From positions 1 through 60,371 of the IMG/VR virus record IMGVR_UViG_3300021086_000002: DNA of 60,371 nt, one strand, 5' to 3'. Made by a program: the position numbers and the translations under genes. Source of the DNA: a virus. Its lineage: Duplodnaviria; Caudoviricetes. The notes under the pieces are model-generated. The model saw nothing but the letters and a program-made list of their open reading frames with translations. It ran no database searches and was not told the DNA's origin. This document shows positions 46,619 to 53,140 of this stretch, in pieces (the stretch's first letter is position 1; each line of letters begins with the position of its first letter).

Positions 46619-47031
46619 CCGTGCTGCCCCTTCTGCTCGATTGCCTCCAGGTGTCTCGGGGGGCCGTCCTGCGGCAGGTGTGTGGCGACCCAGGCGCGAA
46701 GCTGGCGGATCTGTTCGAGCTGGGAATCGACGTCCTGTTCGCCGGCTCGGAGTGTCTGGTCGACATCCTGAACGGCGGCCCCGTAGCCGTCGCTGCGCAC
46801 CGCGTCTTCGTCCACGGGCGGGCGCTCGTACTCGTACGTCGCTTCCTCCATGGCTCTGTTCCAGCCGAGCCGTGCCGCCGCGTTCACCAGCTCAACGAAT
46901 GAGGTCAGGTTGGTGAGGAGCATGACGACCGCCTCGTCGCCGGCCAGGTCGGTCGACGCGTACCAGTTGGCGGCCAGGTTCAGGCGCTCGTGGTACGAGA
47001 GCGGTTCCGGATCCAGGTAGCTCCTGGTCAC
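46615..47031 (-). CDS. Hypothetical protein
   Basis: Coupled to the XRE gene. Confidence 0.5.
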   Translation of the reverse strand: MTRSYLDPEPLSYHERLNLAANWYASTDLAGDEAVVMLLTNLTSFVELVNAAARLGWNRAMEEATYEYERPPVDEDAVRSDGYGAAVQDVDQTLRAGEQDVDSQLEQIRQLRAWVATHLPQDGPPRHLEAIEQKGQHG

Positions 47032-47361
47032 TCGTCCCACCACCGGCGCGCACCCAGGAATACGCCGGTGACAGCCAGGGCGACAGCCGCCAGGCAGGCC
47101 ACACCGGCGACGGTGGCGAGGATGATCGTCAGTCCTGATCCAAGATTGCCCATGCTGGCTCCTCAGGTGGTGTGAATTGGACATGGTGTGCCGTCCTTGC
47201 CGCAGCGACACCGGAGCGGATCCAGGTCATCGGCGGCCAGACGATCGCCGGTCTTCTTGATCTCAGGGCCGTGCCCGCCGGTGACGCGCTTGCCATAGGG
47301 TTTCGGCTTGCGCCGTCGCGGGTGACTGCCACCGTGGCGGGGCATCGGACGTCCCTTCTGG

Positions 47362-47410
47362 TTGACGACGTTCGGGTAATCACGATACTATGTACAGGAC
47401 CACCTGACAA
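47362..47410 (+). promoter_or_regulatory. Promoter with GTACAGGACCACCTGACAA leader box
   Basis: TTGACG-N18-TACTAT; box is 18/19 identical to the one at 28353-28371. Confidence 0.75.
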
Positions 47411-47622
47411 GATCGGAGAGAGGAAACCCAGCATGAAGAGGCTCATCGCGCCCATTCTGGGGGTCGCCATCGCGGCCCTGCTCATGTACATCCTGGTTCA
47501 CCTGAACGTCGTCCCGCCGGCTGGACACTGAGATGTCCGAGTTGGCGGCTCTGGTGGCGGCCTTCGCTTGCATGGCGGTCGCGCTCCTGGTGGCGCTCGT
47601 GGCCTGGTCCGGTCGATAGGCC

Positions 47623-47829
47623 ATGGACAACGAGAGGCGGAAGCTGGCCCAGTCGGCGGCCCACGAGACACATCGGGAGCTGGCCGATCTACCAGAGGAG
47701 ACGCGGCTGAAGTTCGCCGTAGACGCCGCGCTCAATCAGGTTCGGGACAGCAATCCCTGGGCCTCTGCGGTGATGCTCGTCGCGGTCCTGACGTTCGTTG
47801 CGTTCATCGTCTGGCTCATTGTGCGATGA
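47623..47829 (+). CDS. Small membrane protein
   Basis: C-terminal TM; one of several small TM ORFs in 47433-48110. Confidence 0.5.
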   Translation: MDNERRKLAQSAAHETHRELADLPEETRLKFAVDAALNQVRDSNPWASAVMLVAVLTFVAFIVWLIVR

Positions 47830-48111
47830 GCACTCGGGCCTGGCGTCGTTACCGCGCACACCAGCACCACCTGCGCTACCACTGCCCGAACCATCGGGGG
47901 CGGGTGGACCTGCGATGGGGCAGAATTCCGCGCGCGCATCGGAAGTGGATAGCGCTCGGAATCGCAGTGTTCGTACTGCTCGTGATCATTTTCTAGTTCT
48001 GATTGGATCGAATCAATGGACCCCACTACGCGCCGGCACTGGCGCGGGTTCGGCTGGCTGGTGTTCTTCGTGAGCATGGGCGTCATCGTCGCCGCCCTGG
48101 CGGTGGCGTAG

Positions 48112-48546
48112 ATGACCCAGGGAACCAGCACCTCACTACGCGGCAAGTCTGTCGCGGTGCTCGCCGCCTTGGCTCTGGTCGGGGTGGGGGTCGTTCTCAT
48201 GCGGCCCGGCACCGACTCGACCAGCAAGCACGGCGAGCACATCGTCCTGCTGTCCGCTGGCTGGGGCGACGCGACTCCGCCGACCATCCACTACACCGCT
48301 CCAGGTGAACGCCAGGTGAAGGTGGTTCGGCAGCCGGCCGGCCCGTGGCAGTGGCACTACCAGCCTCAGTACATCAAGGGCTACCGATACGTGGTCTCGG
48401 TCAGCTCCTTCGAGGGCGGATCCGGACGCACCTGGTGCGAGGTCAGCATGGACGGCGATGTCGTGGCCGGCGACCCGGTGTCGGACAAGCCGTTCAATGA
48501 GAGCAGCGTTCCGGGCCTCACCGAGTGCGCGGCGAGGGTGCCGTGA
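48112..48546 (+). CDS. Membrane-anchored Ig-like (MmpS-like) protein
   Basis: N-terminal TM; W...VSV...TWCEV.MDG.VVA...C. Confidence 0.55.
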   Translation: MTQGTSTSLRGKSVAVLAALALVGVGVVLMRPGTDSTSKHGEHIVLLSAGWGDATPPTIHYTAPGERQVKVVRQPAGPWQWHYQPQYIKGYRYVVSVSSFEGGSGRTWCEVSMDGDVVAGDPVSDKPFNESSVPGLTECAARVP

Positions 48547-48989
48547 GTACCGCGATGAAGTCCAGGGCCGGCGGAATGGTTGCCCTGGTTGCAGCGGTCG
48601 GTGTCGTAATGCTCCTGGCCTCCACGGTGTGGAAGCCGTCTGGCCAGGGCCAGCCGAGCCACGGCACGCCGAGCGTCTCGCCCGGCGTGCACCGCGTCAC
48701 CTTCGGAGCCAGTTGGTCTGGGGTCACGCCGGAGCGTATCGAGTACATCGCGAACAAGGTTCACTATGTGGTGAACCAGGCGAACATCGGCGGCGGTTCG
48801 ACGTGGCTCAGCCCGAAGCCGGGCGACTGGTATCACGCCGGCTGGGAGTACTCCATCCAGGCGTCCGTCCCGGCTGGTGTGAACATCACGGTGATGATCT
48901 ACATCGACCGACAGCAGGTCGCCATCGCGGACCGTCCCGGCACCAGCGAGCCCGGCACTGTTCGGGCCTACCTGAACCGGGGGAAGTGA
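48543..48989 (+). CDS. Membrane-anchored Ig-like protein
   Basis: N-terminal TM; H.VTF.A.W...ITV.IYID..QVA, similar layout to the previous gene. Confidence 0.55.
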   Translation: MSTAMKSRAGGMVALVAAVGVVMLLASTVWKPSGQGQPSHGTPSVSPGVHRVTFGASWSGVTPERIEYIANKVHYVVNQANIGGGSTWLSPKPGDWYHAGWEYSIQASVPAGVNITVMIYIDRQQVAIADRPGTSEPGTVRAYLNRGK

Positions 48990-49402
48990 TGGAGGAAGAC
49001 GAGCCGGTAGGGCTGGCTCAGGCCACCCACCTGACCGTGCTGTTCGCTACGCTGCTCGGCCTGGCGGAGTCCGATCCGGAGGTCTGGGCCAAGGCGGCGG
49101 ACGATGTCCGCAAGGCCAGGGCTATCGATATCGAGCTGGAGCGGGCCGGCATTGCGTACCCGCACGGGCTCGGCGGCGTACTGGCGCTGATCGAGCAGCG
49201 AGACGCCGCCGGAGCGAACCTGAAGGCGGTTCTGGCGACTCTTCAGTTGAGAGTCGAGGAGGTTCGGGAGCTACGCGGGGTGCTTCGACAGATCCTGGAG
49301 GTCTGTCAGGTGTCGGCGGAGTCGAACGCGAAAGCTCGTCGTCAGGCGCTCGCGGAGATCACGGTGGTGGCGTCAGAGCACGTCTGGCCCGACTGGAGTT
49401 GA
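48989..49402 (+). CDS. Coiled-coil hypothetical protein
   Basis: TGATG-coupled ORF. Confidence 0.5.
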   Translation: MEEDEPVGLAQATHLTVLFATLLGLAESDPEVWAKAADDVRKARAIDIELERAGIAYPHGLGGVLALIEQRDAAGANLKAVLATLQLRVEEVRELRGVLRQILEVCQVSAESNAKARRQALAEITVVASEHVWPDWS

Positions 49403-49415
49403 GGGAGTAGAGACC

Positions 49416-49619
49416 ATGGACGTGTTGGCGAAGGTGTCGGTGCCTACCGACGGAGTCTCCGGCTGGATCACACCGGCCCATATCGGCCTGACCCTGGCCT
49501 TCCTGCTGGTGGGGTGGGGTGTGGTGAGAGTCTGGCAGTCGTTGCCGAAGGGCGTGCTGATCTTCGTGCTCGTGCTGGCGGCCGTGGCGGCGGGAGTGCT
49601 GTCACTCAACGTGCACTAG
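49416..49619 (+). CDS. Small membrane protein
   Basis: Two TM segments; RBS GGGAG. Confidence 0.55.
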   Translation: MDVLAKVSVPTDGVSGWITPAHIGLTLAFLLVGWGVVRVWQSLPKGVLIFVLVLAAVAAGVLSLNVH

Positions 49620-49951
49620 TCGTGTCGAACTTGTGTTCGAATTTGTAGGGCCGTACTTGACAACTCGTCGGGTGCGGCCCTACCTTTGCCTCATGACACA
49701 GCTCCAGGTGGACCGAGTGACCCAGGTAGGACTGCGCCTGCTCGGGCTGGTGGGCACGCTCGGGCTCGCCGCGTCACTGGCCATGCTGTCCGTTGGCGGC
49801 ACCCGGGGAACCCTGGCGGCCTTCCACCTGTACGGGCACCTGCGCTCGGCGGCCGACCAGGCAGTACCGGCCTTCATGGTCACGATGCTGATCGTGGTCT
49901 GGCCGTTGACGACGCTGATCCTCGCGCCACGTCGGCCGGTACGCTCGGGCT

Positions 49952-51433
49952 ATGTCCCGCTCGCCGCTGGAAGAGTTGGCCGCGTTGTCGCCGGCCGTGC
50001 GGGAGCAGTTCGTGGCCGCACAGCCCGACTGGGTCATCCGAGACATGCGGCTGGGCGAGTGGTGGTGGACCGCGCGACCCGAGCAGCGCACCCCGCCCGG
50101 TGACTGGTTCGTCTGGCTGATCCGCTCCGGACGAGGTTTCGGCAAGACCCGCACCGGCTCTGAGTGGCTGGTCGACCGGGCCATCCGATACCCGGCCGAC
50201 ACCTCGGGCTTCCCCACTGAGCACCTGCTGATCGCCGAGACGCTCACCGACGCGATGCGCCACTGCGTGTACGGACCGGCCGGCGTGCGGCGGGTGCTCC
50301 ACCGGAAGATCGGCGACGAGTCGAAGAAGCCGAGCGACGGCGGTAAGTGGCGGATGCTGAAGACCCCCAAGCCCTCGATCGAGATCCTGGAGACCGGCAC
50401 CAAGATCTACATTGAGGGGGCTGACGACGAAGACGTGGGCCGTGGATACAACGCCGCGTCGGCGTGGCTGGACGAGTTCGCCAAATGGCGCAAGCCGGAC
50501 GGCTCCTGGGCCGAGGGCATCATGCCCGGTCTGCGGGCCAACATTCCCGGCGACCACCCGCGCGCCTGCGTCACCACCACCCCGAAGCTCGTGCTTCAGC
50601 TCGTGGAGTGGATCAGGCGTACCGACAGCTCCGTGTGCGTCACCTCGGGATCCACCTACGACAACGCCGGTAACCTGTCCGCCCGCATGCTTGCCGAGCT
50701 GCACCGCCGGTACCACGGAACCCGGCTCGGTCGGCAGGAGCTGCTCGGCGAGCTGATCGAGGAGATCGAGGGCGCACTGTGGCGCCTGGACGACATCGAG
50801 CCGTACAAGGTTGACACCATTCCCTGTCGGCTGATCAACATCGTGGTCGGGCTCGACCCCGCCGGCTCCGGAACCAAGGACGAGAGTGGCATGATCGCCG
50901 CTGGCCGGGGAGCGGACGGTCACGACTACGTCCTGGGTGACTGGTCCAAGCAGGTGGCCGGCCGCGAGGCGGCACGGCGCGTCTGGGAGATGTACGACAC
51001 CTACGGCGCAACCGTGCTGCTCTACGAGAAGAACATGGGCCAGAAGTGGCTGTCAGACGTGCTGTTCCAGGCATACCGAGAACTCCAGCGTGAGGGCGTC
51101 TTCCCGCCGGGGGGCAACCCGCCAATGCGGTCGATCGACGCCAAGGTGAAGAAGCGGGTCCGGGCGGAGCCGGTGGCCATGCGGTACGAGCAGCACCGGG
51201 TGCACCACGTCCGCAAGGGGCTGGCCGACCTGGAGACTCAGATGATCTCGTGGGTTCCGGAGGAGACCTCGGAGTCACCGGACCGTATCGACGCCCTGGT
51301 ATACGCACTGCTCCACCTGGCCGGCCGGGAGGCCATGGCCGGGACCATCACGGTGCCGGACGGCGGCGGCCTTACCCGTGGCGACCTGTCCCCGCTGGCT
51401 GGCTCCGGCGCGATGCCGGGACCGTACGGGTGA
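49952..51433 (+). CDS. terL: Terminase large subunit
   Basis: Walker A GRGFGKT, Walker B WLDE, TTTP, VVGLDPA nuclease, SPDRIDA. Confidence 0.92.
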   Translation: MSRSPLEELAALSPAVREQFVAAQPDWVIRDMRLGEWWWTARPEQRTPPGDWFVWLIRSGRGFGKTRTGSEWLVDRAIRYPADTSGFPTEHLLIAETLTDAMRHCVYGPAGVRRVLHRKIGDESKKPSDGGKWRMLKTPKPSIEILETGTKIYIEGADDEDVGRGYNAASAWLDEFAKWRKPDGSWAEGIMPGLRANIPGDHPRACVTTTPKLVLQLVEWIRRTDSSVCVTSGSTYDNAGNLSARMLAELHRRYHGTRLGRQELLGELIEEIEGALWRLDDIEPYKVDTIPCRLINIVVGLDPAGSGTKDESGMIAAGRGADGHDYVLGDWSKQVAGREAARRVWEMYDTYGATVLLYEKNMGQKWLSDVLFQAYRELQREGVFPPGGNPPMRSIDAKVKKRVRAEPVAMRYEQHRVHHVRKGLADLETQMISWVPEETSESPDRIDALVYALLHLAGREAMAGTITVPDGGGLTRGDLSPLAGSGAMPGPYG

Positions 51434-51483
51434 GTCTCCGCCGAGATTCGCCGAGACTCGCCGGTATAATGTAGAGTCTCGGC
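51432..51483 (+). promoter_or_regulatory. Cassette promoter with repeated operator-like boxes
   Basis: TATAAT at 51465-51470; direct repeats CCGAGA(T/C)TCG x2; inverted copy GAGTCTCGGC at 51474-51483. Confidence 0.65.
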
Positions 51484-51488
51484 AGAGA

Positions 51489-51548
51489 GGCTGGGCCAGG
51501 CATGGCACGGCTCGGCGTGGTTGGGCAAGGCTCGGCGTGGTAGGGCAG
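51489..51548 (+). repeat. GGY-NN pentamer array 1 (12 units; candidate guide RNA)
   Basis: GGCTG GGCCA GGCAT GGCAC GGCTC GGCGT GGTTG GGCAA GGCTC GGCGT GGTAG GGCAG. Confidence 0.9.
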
Positions 51549-51576
51549 GGGAAACCATCGAGAGAGGACCAAGATC

Positions 51577-52182
51577 GTGCAGATAAAGGTGCAGCTACTC
51601 GGTACGATGCCACTGCTCATGCACAACGATCGGTTGGCGGATCCGTCCAATGAATGGACTCGGAAGATTGCCGCGATCACCGACAAGGGCAAGAACATGA
51701 CCGATCAGGATCTTCAGATGAAGTCGCGGCTGGAGTTCGAGGGTGGTCTCTACTACAGCCAGGCGAATGATGGGCCATACGTGCCGGCTCACAACCTGGT
51801 GCGCACCCTGGTCGCGGCGGGTACGCTCCGGCGTTTGGGTACCAAGATCTCTCAGGCGGTCTTTCCCATCACGACGGCGCTGCTTCTCCAGTATGCCAAG
51901 GCGCCGAACGGTAAGCAGGGTCCACGAGATGTGGATGGACTGTGGGCTGATGGCTACTGGGATCGACGCATGGTGGGTGTCAACAAGAATCGGGTGCAGC
52001 GCACCCGGCCGGCCTTCCCCTGCTGGTCTACCACGGCAGACCTGTTGCTGCTGGAGGATGTGTTGAATCCCGACGACTTCGAATGGGCCTGCACGATGGC
52101 CGGTAAGGCGATCGGCCTGGGCGACGCTCGTCGGATTGGCATGGGGCGATTCGAGGTAAAGACGGAGGTTGCCGAACCGTGA
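51577..52182 (+). CDS. Stand-alone RAMP/Cas7-like RNA-binding protein
   Basis: N-terminal strand plus PLLMH, PYVP..NL...L, C-terminal Gly loop AG..IGLGD.R..GMGRF; RBS GAGAGG. Confidence 0.7.
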   Translation: MQIKVQLLGTMPLLMHNDRLADPSNEWTRKIAAITDKGKNMTDQDLQMKSRLEFEGGLYYSQANDGPYVPAHNLVRTLVAAGTLRRLGTKISQAVFPITTALLLQYAKAPNGKQGPRDVDGLWADGYWDRRMVGVNKNRVQRTRPAFPCWSTTADLLLLEDVLNPDDFEWACTMAGKAIGLGDARRIGMGRFEVKTEVAEP

Positions 52183-52652
52183 CTGGCCTGTTCCGGTCCA
52201 GCCGGGAAGATGGGCGAGCGGACTGGCGTGTGGTGTTTGACCGACTGAACCAGATGCGATCGGGCGATGTCGTTACCCATGTCCATCTGCGTGACCTGCT
52301 GGGTACTGAGGATAACGCCCGGATGTACCGGGCAGTTCAGCGAGCGAAGGCTGAGCTGTGGTCCAGCCGGCAGACCTCTATCGACAGCATCCGGGGCGTG
52401 GGGTACCGGATGCTCGCCGCCTCCGAGATGGAGCGGCAGGCCATGCAGTACAAACGCAGATCGCGCAAGCAACTGGGCAACGCTGTATCCGTGGTCCAGG
52501 CTACCGACCTGGACCAGTTGACCTCTGAGGAGCGCGGTCTGACACTGCGTACCCGGGGGGTGCTGCTGGCGCTGGCTCAGGCCATGGACGAGACCATGGT
52601 CAAGGTTGCCGATCATGAGGAGCGTCTCCGCAAGCTGGAGGCTGGCCAGTAA
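52179..52652 (+). CDS. Winged-helix-like accessory protein with coiled-coil tail
   Basis: GDVVT...L..LLG...SIRGVGYR wing motif; GTGA-coupled to the RAMP-like gene. Confidence 0.55.
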   Translation: MTGLFRSSREDGRADWRVVFDRLNQMRSGDVVTHVHLRDLLGTEDNARMYRAVQRAKAELWSSRQTSIDSIRGVGYRMLAASEMERQAMQYKRRSRKQLGNAVSVVQATDLDQLTSEERGLTLRTRGVLLALAQAMDETMVKVADHEERLRKLEAGQ

Positions 52653-52659
52653 GGCAAGA

Positions 52660-52709
52660 GGTATGGCCCGGTGTGGCTAGGCATGGCAGGGCACGGTGCG
52701 GCGTGGCGT
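52660..52709 (+). repeat. GGY-NN pentamer array 2 (10 units; candidate guide RNA)
   Basis: GGTAT GGCCC GGTGT GGCTA GGCAT GGCAG GGCAC GGTGC GGCGT GGCGT. Confidence 0.9.
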
Positions 52710-52710
52710 G

Positions 52711-52750
52711 GAGATTGAGACCGGCTTCGACAGAGGCCGGTCTCAATCTC
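52711..52750 (+). terminator. 18-bp hairpin closing the cassette
   Basis: GAGATTGAGACCGGCTTC-GACA-GAGGCCGGTCTCAATCTC (one G-U pair). Confidence 0.8.
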
Positions 52751-52798
52751 ATATGGACGGCCGTCCCGTGGTCGGCACGTCGCCGGTACGCTCTCACC

Positions 52799-53137
52799 AT
52801 GCCACCCATGATCTACCTGGCCGTGTACGCGCTGGCCGTTGCCCGGGTGGTTCGAGTGATCACCACCGATCGGATCACCCAAGGGCCGCGTGAACGGCTG
52901 ATCTCCCGGCTGTGGCAGCGGCACCTCCGGCGCATGCCGGCGGAAACGCTGGTGCCCGAGGAACTCCCGGAGCCGCTCACGATCACCCTCGTGCGCTGCC
53001 CCTGGTGTCTCTCCGTGTGGGCCGGCGCGGTGGCGGCCCCGATGGTCTGGCAGGCCGGCCGCAGTCCCTGGCTCTGGGTGCCGGCGCTCGCGCTCGCATT
53101 CAGCCAGACAACCGGCTTACTGGCCCGGGGGGAGTAG
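52799..53137 (+). CDS. DUF1360-like membrane protein
   Basis: ARVVRVITTDRIT..PR...CPWCLSVW; immediately upstream of the portal gene. Confidence 0.7.
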   Translation: MPPMIYLAVYALAVARVVRVITTDRITQGPRERLISRLWQRHLRRMPAETLVPEELPEPLTITLVRCPWCLSVWAGAVAAPMVWQAGRSPWLWVPALALAFSQTTGLLARGE

Positions 53138-53140
53138 CGG

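Noticed and set aside
49693-50103. Membrane ORF after the TTGACA-N18-TACCTT promoter-like site
   Set aside because: Plausible, but it overlaps terL by about 150 bp with no recognisable family; not supported enough to list.
51489-51548. Self-target of the NN strings within this genome
   Set aside because: Spot checks by eye (e.g. 33702 TTGACATGTACCTC, 34053 CTGATCTACACC) gave only partial matches; an exhaustive search was not possible.
51489-52709. Classical CRISPR array
   Set aside because: No 25-40-bp repeats with unique spacers and no cas1/cas2; the period is 5 nt.
51238-52924. ORFs translating the pentamer arrays (ARHG.ARRG / PCHA.P type, e.g. 51378-51653, 51238-51558, and the N-terminus of 52673-53137)
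   Set aside because: A 5-nt period is not codon-compatible, these ORFs lack an RBS and overlap real genes; they are shadow translations.
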